Positions 38,799 to 49,500 of a stretch of 64,000 nt of DNA are shown here, piece after piece. The translations under genes and the position numbers were made by a program. The notes beneath the pieces were generated by a model. It had not been told where the DNA came from, did no database searches, and worked only from the letters and a program-made list of their open reading frames with translations. The stretch's first letter is position 1. Each line of letters begins with the position of its first letter. Origin of the DNA: Candidatus Omnitrophota bacterium (GTDB lineage: Bacteria; Omnitrophota; Gorgyraeia; Aquiviventales; Aquiviventaceae); contig JACPSR010000052.1 of NCBI GenBank assembly GCA_016193175.1, positions 11,226-75,225 of the forward strand, in the 5' to 3' direction.

Positions 38799-38802
38799 CC
38801 TC

Positions 38803-40395
38803 TTAATCGGCTTGGCCACGGCGCGCAGAAACCCTCCACTGCGCATACTTGGCCTTGAGGATCGTGGCATAGCGGGTCTTGTCGGCTTCGTCAGGGCCGC
38901 CCTGCCCCGTCAACGGCGTGACCACCACAAGCTGCGCCTGCTGCTTCGTCAGCCGCTCGATCAGGTCGCCGGTATGGAATCCCCCGGCAATCAGCGCGGC
39001 CATCCGCTCTCCGTCGGCCTCCATCTTCGAAAGCGCGCGTCGAGCCAGCTCGGCGTCGCGCGCGTGGGCGATGGTATAGAAGCGCACCGCGCGCGCCAGA
39101 TGCGCCTCAAGCGCCGTGCCGTCGCCCGCCCAGTCAAACGCCACCCCCACCCGCGCGGCGTGCCCTCGCAGCGCCGGCAGCCACTGGGTGACCCGAATCT
39201 GATCCGGTTGCTCCCGGTAGGCCTGGTAGTCCGCCGGGGTCCACTCCAACGCCGCCAATCGCTCACAGAACGCGACCCGGTCAGCCAGCGAGGTGAGCGC
39301 CGCCTCGCTCGCGGAACTCGCCAGCCGCCACTTGAGCTGCCGCTGCACCTCGCCCAACTCAAACCACAACGGCCTCGGCTCAAGGTCAGCCTTGAGCCGC
39401 AGGTAGCGAATATAGTGAACGAGGTGCGGGAAATCGGCGAGGGCAAGGTGGGCCTGCTGCGCGAGCGCCTCCAGTTGCGTGTAGAAGGTGACGGATCCGA
39501 TCTCCCCGGCGCGCAGTTTGTCCGCGGTAGCCCTGAGGGTGGCCCACTCCTGCTCGGTGGCTTGCGGGCGCAGGCGTTCCATGATCTGACGCTGCTCCTC
39601 CTCCACCTGCTTCACATCCATCTGCGCTTCCCATTCCGAAGCGGTCACCAAGCGCTGAAGATTCGGATAGGTGGCAATCGCCACGCCAAGTCGCTTGCTC
39701 TCGCCAAGCAGGGAGTCCAGGTACTCGCCAAACCCCAGCTTCCCGGCGTCGAACCGGGCCTGGATCGTTTCAAACCTCCGCAGGGCCTCATTGGGCGCCT
39801 GCGCCCGAACGCGCTCAAGCATCTGGCGAAGCTGACCGAGATCGCGCCCGACCGCTTCGGGTACCCGCTCCACGTCGAGAAACACCTTCAGATGCGCGTC
39901 GTAGAGGGTGGGGTCATCAACGCCCCAGAGGATCAGGGGATCGTCTGAGACGATGTCCAGATACTCCTCCCCGGAGAGGAAGCCGGAACGCAGACGCTCC
40001 TCCGCCACCTGCTGCCGCACCGCTCGAGAGCCTCGGCTACGCAGGTGGGAGAGGCTGACGTCTCCTTCTCCTCCCTCCACAAGGATGAGCCGGATGCCGT
40101 AGCGCGAGACGAGCCAGTCGAGGATATCGGCAAGATGCTTCTGCGCCTCATAGTTCACGTGGGTATCTTGGATCACGATCAGGAGTTTGGCGGAGGGATC
40201 CGCGGTGGGCGCTTCGTAGACTTGCGCGATGCTTCCGATCTCTGGAGGGATAAACACATCAGCGGCTCGAAGGGAAGGCACCGAGGAGGAAGATGAGGGG
40301 GACGGGGCAGGAAGCGCTACCTTCGCGAGGCTGAAAAAAAGGAGGGCGTATAGCCCGATGCCAAGAGGCCCGCCCGTCTTTTTCACGATGTTCAT
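38803..40395 (-). CDS. Secreted or membrane-anchored ChaN/Tiki(EreA)-like protein (~530 aa)
   Basis: Hydrophobic N-terminus (GIGLYALLFFSLAKVALPA), then IQDTHVNYEAQ, ILVEGGEG, LWGVDD, ARDAELA and ALIAGGFHT: the H...E...R...H pattern of the EreA/ChaN/Tiki fold. Start moved to ATG 40395 because the track's TTG start is the -35 box. Confidence 0.85.
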   Translation of the reverse strand: MNIVKKTGGPLGIGLYALLFFSLAKVALPAPSPSSSSSVPSLRAADVFIPPEIGSIAQVYEAPTADPSAKLLIVIQDTHVNYEAQKHLADILDWLVSRYGIRLILVEGGEGDVSLSHLRSRGSRAVRQQVAEERLRSGFLSGEEYLDIVSDDPLILWGVDDPTLYDAHLKVFLDVERVPEAVGRDLGQLRQMLERVRAQAPNEALRRFETIQARFDAGKLGFGEYLDSLLGESKRLGVAIATYPNLQRLVTASEWEAQMDVKQVEEEQRQIMERLRPQATEQEWATLRATADKLRAGEIGSVTFYTQLEALAQQAHLALADFPHLVHYIRYLRLKADLEPRPLWFELGEVQRQLKWRLASSASEAALTSLADRVAFCERLAALEWTPADYQAYREQPDQIRVTQWLPALRGHAARVGVAFDWAGDGTALEAHLARAVRFYTIAHARDAELARRALSKMEADGERMAALIAGGFHTGDLIERLTKQQAQLVVVTPLTGQGGPDEADKTRYATILKAKYAQWRVSARRGQAD

Positions 40396-40447
40396 GGCTT
40401 GCTGCCTGCTACGGTTACCGCGCCACGACCATCCTAATATTAAACAC

Positions 40448-40476
40448 ATAATAATAGATTTCAAAAACATTGTCAA
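40448..40476 (-). promoter_or_regulatory. sigma70 promoter for the ChaN-like gene and giant ORF A
   Basis: TTGACA (40476-40471), 17 nt, TATTAT (40453-40448), with an upstream A-tract, in the only AT-rich intergenic gap. Confidence 0.85.
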
Positions 40477-40503
40477 GCAATTTTTTATTAGTGGCTTAGT
40501 GGC

Positions 40504-43500
40504 TTAGTTGAAGCGTTCCGCAACATGATTCGACTTTATGCCAGGCTCCACGTCCTCGATGGTGCGACCCGCTGGGGGTCGGGGCCAGGACGGCTCAGCC
40601 TGGGGTCGATCCATCAACGCGTTCCCCGGCCCATGGAATTTTGCCGTTGGTAATGTTCCGCGTGGAGCTCCAGGAAAGGAGCCGCCGCTTGGCGGGATGG
40701 TCGGAGGCGTGTCCTTCCAAATCTTCCGGATGGCACGCTCGATGTCGTAACCGTTCCCAAGCAGGGCCAGGAACTTCACCGCGTTTTCCGGATCTCCAGT
40801 CCAATGCCCCAGTTGCCACGCGGCTCCTGCGTAGACGCTCCCTTTCAGCTCTCCGAAGGTATGCGATTCGCCATGAATCTCGACGCGCCATCCCTCGCTA
40901 CGGTACAACATTCTCACGCCACGGACCAAGTCGCGAGAGGCGAGGGCTGTGCGTTTCATCAGGCGCGCCCCTTCCTGAAAATAGCGGTCAAACCCCATCA
41001 GGTTGCTTTGGCCATAGGCCCCTTGAGAACCCCACAGGAAGACAAACGCCCAGGCCAACGCCCCCCCAGCCTTCAACCAGGGACTTGGCTTCAGATCGCC
41101 TCGCCTGATCAGGAGCTGGATGAGGTTCAAGTCCAGCGCGCGCCATCGCTCTTGTTGAGGCAATGAAGAGTAACGCATGTCTCTGAAGCGACCCCGGAAG
41201 AACTGGCGTCCCGACAACAGGTCGGCAAGGAACCGCCGGAAGGTGCGCTTGTCCGTCACCCAGGCCTTGAGCTCTTGCGCAAGAGCGGCTTTGGTCTCAG
41301 GCGGCCGATCGGCCAGCGCCCCCACCACGAATTGGATGCGCGCATCCAATTCCTTGGCCAAGAGCTCGCGCAGCAAGATCTCGATCCATCCCCGGATCCG
41401 ATACCCACCCTTTTGATCCCTGAGGAACTCAATGAGCGTGGAGCGAATCCACCGATGCAACTCTGGATAGGTTTGAAGAAGACGGCTCACGCCATCCACC
41501 AGCAAGGAACCTCGCTTGTCCGAACGACTCCCAAGGTCCTGGATGAGTTCGAGGAGGAGCTCCCGCGATTCCTCAATGCGGCCTTGGATCAATCGGGCAT
41601 GAACGTCTTGAACCCACCGCTCGCCTATCGAAGGTTGCTCGCTCCGTAGCCACCGAGCCACACGCCGTGACGGCTGACCTCCTAAGCGAGAGAGGGCGTA
41701 GAGCACGCGGGGCGTCGGGGTGGGAGGCACGAGCCCTGCGCGGAGCAAGAGATACGCCATGAGCAAGAACGCGATGCGATGGTTGTGGTCCACCAACCAC
41801 TGACCCTTCACGAGCCCGCGATACGCCCGCGCCGCCAACTGAATCGACGGCCCCTGTCGCTGCCAGGCGCGGGAGAGGCGTTCAAAAAAGACCTCAATGT
41901 CTCCCCAGTACACGCCCCTTGCCCGCTGTTGCGTCATCAGGGCCAGCTTGTCGTGCCACGCGAGGACCATGTCCTGCAGCTCTTTCGCTGAGGAGGCGGT
42001 CGTTCGGCGCGCGGCCTCCTGCAACATCATCCGCGCCGCCGCCAGAAACGCCTGCCGTTCCACCACGGCGAAGGACCCCTGCGGATCATCAAACTGATCC
42101 AGCGCGCGGTCCCAATCCTCCAGATTGACCTGATCAACGGGGGCAACGAGCTGCGGCGTCTCGCCGTCTCTGAGCGACGAGGATCGTCCCCAACGGTGTC
42201 GCCGCAGCCACCAGGGCCAGGCGAGGCCGACGGCGACCATGAGGAGCGAGAGGGTCACCCAATCCGGCGCGAGGCTAAGCGCGGCGTGGCGAACGGCGGC
42301 CTCCACCGGTACAGCGGCGAGCAGGATCATGCCGACGGCGACCGCGAGCGCAAGCGGGAGCGCCTTGACAGCTGATTGCTTTTTCGCACGCGGCTGGGTA
42401 GAATTGAGGAGGAAGGAGCTTGAGCGATGGACATCACGTTTGATGAGCACGCTGACGCCCTCTACATTCGGTTTCAACCCGGCAAGCGCGTCAGGAAGAC
42501 GGTGAAGTTGCAGGACGGGTTGCTGGTCGATCTCGACCGATCCGGTAGGATCTTCGGAATTGAGATTCTCGACGTGAGCCATCGCATGCCCATCGCGCAG
42601 CTCGGACACGTGAATATCAACCTTCCCGTCCACGCGTAGCCGCTCCACTGCGCGTTCCGCCAACGCACCCACCACCAAGACGCTAGTGATCGGCTCCGGC
42701 CCCCCGCCCATTGAACCGGCGGTGAATTTGATACGGGGCAGCTTGTCATGGGTATCCTCGGGAGAATCGCTCGTACCACCGTTGCCGCCGACCACGGCAA
42801 TCATTATCGTTGTGCCGAGGCCGACCAGGAATGCGAGGGCGCCCGTCAAGTCCGGTGCAAGCAACCAGACCAGAAAGCCGCCGAGGATGGGCGCCGCCTG
42901 CACCGTCGAGCCACCGAGGGTGAACTTCTCCACGAGACTATCGATCGTCTCCTGATAGGACTCAGCCGATCGGAACGTTGCCGGTCGCGCGATCACACCA
43001 GGGAAGTACGGAGCCATGAGCGCCTCAAGCTGTCCTTCCACTGGATGCAACTGCGCTCGTAACCGCACCGCTTTGCGCGCGCGAAAGATCTCAAGAAGCC
43101 AACCCAGCGAAGTGGCTGTCTGTGTGGCCTTCTCTTCGTTCCCGCTGACGTCGTCCAAGAGGACGGAGGCGTTCGTTTGCTTCAACGCGCTCTGGACCCG
43201 ACCGTAAGGCGCAGCGGTCCTGAAGCGCCTTGCCGCATATCGCAAGCGGTTTCTCAAGCCGGCCGCCACTTCGTTCGTCTTCGTCTTGGCGGGCAAGTCG
43301 GCAAACCGTTGCAGGGCTTTCTCTGCTGAGACGAGAAATCGCTCTGGGGTCATCTGGCGCCTTCCAGATGTTGTTCCGCGGATCAGGTGCTTGATCCCAG
43401 CGGGAATGACCTTGCGCAGTGGGTCGGAAACCAGTTCGATTTGTTGAGCCGGCGCCGGCTTGGAAGGTTCGGGAGCAGGCGTGCCGACCGCCCATCCCCC

Positions 43501-46500
43501 GCCGCCTCCGCGGCGACCAGCGGAGCGGTGGTGGTGATCGGCCCACGGAAGGTTTTCCCACGCGCCACGGAATCGATCCCCATGCCGATCCCGCTCCCCA
43601 TGGTCCCGCTCGCCATCACCCGATGGCGTTCGAGGATCCCCCTGCCATGGCTTCGCCCGTTCAAAATCCAGGAGCCGCTGAACTACTTCCTGCAATCTGT
43701 CCGGGAGAAATTCAACGCCCACCGCATAGGCGCCGAAGGTATTGGGGGCGTCCTCATGGGTATGATCAAACCATTCAGCGAACAGCCGAAGGGAGGGGAC
43801 CTCAGCGCCGCTGGCTCGGAGATACTCAACGAAACGTTGGACTTGGCGTTTCGCCTGTTCCGCTTCCTGGCGAATGGGTTCAAGAAATCTCTGGTACGCC
43901 TGGCCCAGCGGCGGGAGCTGATGGGTCTCTAACTCCGCAGGGGTGAGATAGCTCCTATAGGAGCGGCTGTCAAAATCCCACTCCTTCCCCCAGAACTGAA
44001 TCACAAACTTCCCCCACGCTGGATTCAGAGAGGGACGGAAGTCTCTGGTCAATAACCGATAGGGGGTAGAACGCAGCTCCGGCAGGCGCTGCAAGTCTTT
44101 CGCCTGCTCCACGATCTCGAGCCCGACTTGACGCGCGGACTTCCCAAGCTGACTCCCCTTCTCCAGGAGCAGCTCATACAGGAAATGGGCGGAGAGCCCA
44201 TGCGCAATCGTGTTCCTGCCAGCCGTTACGATCTCCTCGACCGCCTGTGGTCGGTGCGTTCGAAGCCAACGCCAGGTTCGGTCAGCAGTCAGGGCGGCGG
44301 ACAAGGACCGGTCATGAGCTTGAAGAACGGTCTGATAGTCCGTCCCGCCGTACGCTTGCGTCACGCTGTCCTTGAGCGCCTGGAGATCAAAACCTGGAGC
44401 CGCCGGCATCTCGCGCAACGCGTGCCACTCTTCAGGGATGAATGCCACCACGACCTTTTCCGCACCATCCATAGCGACGAGGGAGCCTTCTGGAACTCGA
44501 CGCTCAACCCTCGCGCCGCGCCCCCACTCCCACACATGACGGACAAGGGCTCCCTCATCAATCTCGGTCGGATAGGACTGGTTGAAGGCGACGACTGGAA
44601 CGTCGAAGTATTGGAGCAGTTGTCGCGTATGGGTCCCTGGAGCAACGCCCTCTGACAGGATAACGCCGCTCAAGCGGTTGGCCGAGAGCAACTCCTTGAG
44701 CAGGTCCTGTTGGCCCTCTTGGGCCACGAAGATGATCGGTTCGCCCGAGCGGATCGCCGCCAACGCGCGCTCCCTCGTGAACACCAGATGCCCCACCACC
44801 ATGTCGGTGCCACTGAGCCGGGAGGGATCCCCCACGATGACTCGACGTTTCGCGGTGTCCATGTCGCGGAACCGGCCAACCATCGTCTTCCGCGGTGGGG
44901 ATGAGTACTGGAGCCGCTCAAGGACCGTGGGGATCAGATCAATTGTGGAAGCACCCGCCTCCCTCGCCTGACGCTCGATCAGAGGGAGGAGGGCTGCCGG
45001 CATCAAGACCTGGGGTTGCGCCTGTGTGATGAGCACCCGCCCATGCGCGAAGGCAAACTCAATATCCTGGGGAACGTGATGGCGAGCTTGGACGATCCGT
45101 TCCCTGAGCGCTGAGAGCTGCTCGAAAACTGCGGGGAACCGGCTTCGAAGTTCTTGCACGGGAACTAAGGACCTTCCCTGAACCAATTCGTCACCGGAGG
45201 CGGTCACACGGAAAGACCCAAAGAGACCCGGTTCTCCGGTTTGAGAATCATGGGTTGAGAACATTCCAACGCCCGAATCCTCATCCAGCGTGTTGAGCAT
45301 TGGGCTCAGGATGACCGCCACAGGCGCTGGTCCTGTCTGTCCATGTATCACGCGGAAATTCTTGACGGCGTCAGCGCGACCTGACTGGACGACAGCTTCA
45401 ATCGCCGCCACGAGTTGGTCGTGCGGGTCCTCGGGAATGCGGAAGCCGGATTCGGCGATGATGCGCTCGAACGCGTTGGCGACTTCCTCAGGGCTACTGG
45501 GTTTGTTGAGTGCCCGGTCAAACGACTGTGCAGGCATCTTCAAGACCCCCACGGCCCAACTCCGCAACCAGGCCGCGTACGTCCGGAAAGCCACCGGCTC
45601 TCCCCTGGAACGCTTCAGACCTTCCAAGACATCCCTGGTCATGCCCACGAACAGCACCGAGGTCAACAGCCCTGGGTATGCTTGGTCGGCTGAACTTCTC
45701 ACTGCCAAGAGGAGCGGTGCTTCTGCATCACCAAGTTTGGTGCCGGTCCGTTGCTCGAGCTGGCGGAGCCCCTCTTGGAGCTGCTGTTGGTAGGACCGGA
45801 CGTGAGCGGCTGCCTGAACGGTGAGGACGAGCGCATCAGGCGTCGGGATGCCAAGCTGCCGGAGCTCGGCAAGCGCTTTGGCCTTTTCGCCGATTTCATC
45901 CACCGAGAGGGTCGCCGCGTCATCGAGCATCACCGTCGGCGGCTGAAGCGGCTTGCTCGAACCTGTTTCCACGCGCCCGGGCCCTTGGCTATGGAACCGG
46001 CGGTCCTGATGTCCAAACATCCGCTCCAACGGACTCTGCCTGAGTTCGGGCGGCAGATAGTGCTCTTTCTCTTCTGGTGGCCCGCGCCGCCCCGTGCGTC
46101 GTCCTCGCCCGCGCGGTTCCTTCGGTGGTGCGGCTTGCGGTTGAGCCGCCTGCAGCGACCGGATGAGCTCGTCGATTGCCGCGTTCATTGCCTCATCGAT
46201 CCTACTCTTCGTTTTGACCGCTTCATCCAGGTGCGTCCTGACGGCCCCATCGCTGATCATCGTCGCCAGTGCCTCGAGGCGATTTCCTTTCAGCTCTGCC
46301 GCCTCGGCCTTTCTCGTCATGGACTCGATCGTCTGAAGGGAGAGCTTGGCGTGAGATTCTGCCGCGGCCTTCGCCAGCCGCTCAACCAGGAGCTTCGGCG
46401 CCGGCGTTTCCGCTTGCAAGACCAGGGCCAATGCCCACGCGCGCCCGGTCGCCCAGCCTTCCGGAGGCGTGACGCGGCCGGTCTCCTCCGCTTGGTGAAC

Positions 46501-49500
46501 CACCGCCTCGGCTTGCTGGCGAAGCTCGGCATCAAGCTCAGAGCGCTTCAGAATTTCAGGCAACGCCTCTGCAAGCTCTCTTGCGAGCCCATCAGCCCCA
46601 AGCGCAGAGGTCCGTTGCTCCATGACGAGTTGAGCGTGAACTCGCCGATCCTCCTCAGCCTGCTCGCGCGTACGCGCCAGTTTCGCTTCGAGCGATGGCC
46701 TGACGGCGTCAAGCTGCGCTCGCTGCTCGGCCGAGAGATCCAGCGCATCGAGCCATCCGATCAATTCAACAGCAGCCGTCAGCTCAGCCTCATCGCTGGA
46801 CGAGCGCTTGATGAGGCTCACGGCCAGCCCCTCGCCTCCCTCAACGAGGTAGTTGACGATGCGCGGCGTGAGGGTCTGGAGTCCTCTCGTCATCTGGAGA
46901 AGCTCTGCCAGCGTCGGGGGTGCGGGCTCTTGAGCGATCGCGCCATACCCGTGGAGCGTCTCGATGAGCGCTTGATGCAACGTCTGTGCGGCCTCGTTCC
47001 ATTCCGCCTTTTTGAGGTGCAGGCGACCGCTCAGGAAGAGCAGATCCACGTAGGTCCATCCGACCACTGGCCTGATCGATTGAGCCAAGCTGAGCGCCTC
47101 GCCGATCTCTCGCCTGGCGCCGTCGAGATCGCCGAGGCGGAGCAACGCCTCTGCCAGGTATCGTTTGATCGCGACGGTCCCCGCAGGGGTGAACCACCCC
47201 TTCGTTTGGTCCTGCGCCAAATCGCTGACTCCTAGCTCAAGCTGCCCGCTCTGTCCGCTGAACAATCGGATCGAGCCGCGAGTCACGAGCGCACGCGCCT
47301 GGGCCTGTTCCAGCTCCCTGCGCCTGCGCGTCAACTCGGCTTCATGTGGCGCGTTGGCTGCTGATCCCGCCTCCCGCGCCAGCCGTTTCAATCCCTCGTT
47401 GGCTGCCCTCAACTCGGCCTCGATCTTCCGCACCACGTCTTCCATCTTGTTCGTCGCCGGCTCATACCGCTTCAGTCCCCAGAGGGCGAGCGCTTCGGAT
47501 CGGAGGACCGCCCGGTCCATCCCCTCTTTCCGTTGTCGATCCTCCACCCCATACACGCTGCGGGCACGACGCCCCAACTCCAACACCTTCTCATAGGCCT
47601 GGGGCTCCTCAGTGTCCAACGCATGCTGGAGCTGCGCGGCGGCCATCTGGGTCAAGAGGTATTTCTCCTGGACTGGCGGATCATTCAGGAACGCGGTGTA
47701 CGCCGCCCAGTCGAGCGGCTCGGTCCTGATCGACTGGAGCAGCGTCAACGCCTCCGTCAGCGCCTCCAGGCTCTCCAGCGCTCGCGGACGGTCAAGCTCC
47801 AGGAGGCTGACGCCGAGCACCCGTGAGATATCCATGAGCAAACGGCGGTCGCCTGGCCGCATCCGCTTCGCCGTATCCCGCGCGGTGGTCAGCCACTGGA
47901 CCGCCTCGTCATAACGACCGCGCAGATACGCCACGCGGCCCGCTGCGAAGCGGCTCACGATGTCCTCCGCATTGACGTCAAGGGCCCGCGCATATTCCTG
48001 TCGCGCAGCCTCGATCTGCCCCGCCTGTTCCAGATGGAAGGCGCGCAGAGAGGCCTCGGCAGCGAGCAGCCGATTCGAGGCCGTTTCTGGATTGATGCGG
48101 CTGCGGATCGCTTCAAAGAGCTGCTGGATCGTCGAGGACGATGGCCCTGCGACTTCTTTGAGGCGCATGACCGCTTCCAACACGAGAAACGCCAACAGCT
48201 GGCGCTCCGGCTCCGGCTGCTTGGCATACACACGGCCCAACGCGCGCAGGGCCTCTCCCAGCGGAGGATGATAGGCGATCAGGAGTTGCCGTCCTCGCAC
48301 AACGCTCACGCCTCGTTTCTCGAGCTCTCGGACGCGCGCCTTCCCCGCCTGCTTGAGGGCCGCCACCAAGATCGGCACATCCGATTCGGTGTCCCGAAGG
48401 GGCAGCGTCGGACCCAAGAAGCTGCACCCATGGGCCAGCACCCGACGAAATCGCGTGATGGCCTCCTCGACATTGTTCGCTTGCTCCGCGACCCGCCCCT
48501 TCACGACGTCCAGCGCGTCATCGATTGTCGGATGCGGATCGGCCCCATGCGCCCGCTCATAGAGCCGGCGAGCCCCTTGGAGGTCGCCTTCGGCATAGGC
48601 CAGGTGGCCCTGGAGCATGAGCGCGTAGGCCAGCACCGAGGGCTGCCGCTCAGCGAGGATGGCGGAGTAGCGTCTCAGCTCCTGGATGGACGCCCGCGCC
48701 TCGTTGTGGCGATCCAAGCTGTAATAGGTTTGGGCCTTCGTGATGCCCACGATCGCAGCGAACCGCTGGATCTCTCTCAGCTCGGCAGGGCGTTTCGTGC
48801 GTTTCGCAAGCGCCTCAAGCGCCTCGATGGTCTCGTCAAACAACCGAAGCCCCTCGTCGGGCCGCCCCAATTCCACCAGGGCATCTGCCAACTTGTAGAG
48901 CAGCTCCGCTCTGATCATCGAGGGGTCCGGCGCGAGCACGAGCGCCTCGCGCGCAGACTCTTCAACCTCTTCGTATCTGTTCAGGCGGAGTGCCTCTTCG
49001 AGACGGCCAGCCTGCTCATGCCCTTCTCCCTGCTGGAACTGCTTGTGCGCCTCGGCCTTCCGCTGCTGCTGCGCCTTCGAATCGCCTGTCGCAACGGTGG
49101 GATCGATCCCAACTTTCAGTGGAGGGGAGTCCCCTGGCCTCGTGGCGGCTTGAGGCGTTGGCTCAGCAGGCTGGGACGATCGGGGAGGCTCAGGCGGTGC
49201 CGGTGGGGGCGCCGGCGTAATCGGTGGAGGAGGGATTTTGGCCGACTCCTTCGGCGCTGCGTCCCCCTCGACAGCCTGGCCTTGCAGTTCTTGCGGAAGT
49301 CCGTTGACTTCCGCGCCCAATTGCTCGATCTCAGCCCGCAACTTGCCTGCTTCGTCTTGGTTCACCTCACCTGGCTTGAGGGCCCGCTCGGAACGATCTT
49401 TGAGCGTCTTGATCCGCTGTTGCAATTGGTCCAAGAGCTTCCAATCGTCGATGACAGCCAGCCGTCGCCGCTCACTGTCGGGGACGAGGGTGCCGCCGCT

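Noticed and set aside
38812-39948. + strand 378-aa ORF
   Set aside because: Shadow of the ChaN/Tiki-like gene.
40396-40476. TTG start giving a 557-aa protein
   Set aside because: The TTG is the -35 hexamer of the promoter and the extension crosses AT-rich promoter DNA, so ATG 40395 is preferred.
42365-42370. TTGACA just upstream of the DUF2283 promoter, and other stray + strand TTGACA hexamers (~6334, ~7780, ~50375)
   Set aside because: None has a good -10 element at 16-18 nt spacing.
42640-43062. Possible toxin partner downstream of DUF2283 (+ ORFs 42686-42955 and 42748-43062)
   Set aside because: No toxin motifs; they read as antisense to a TM segment of ORF B.
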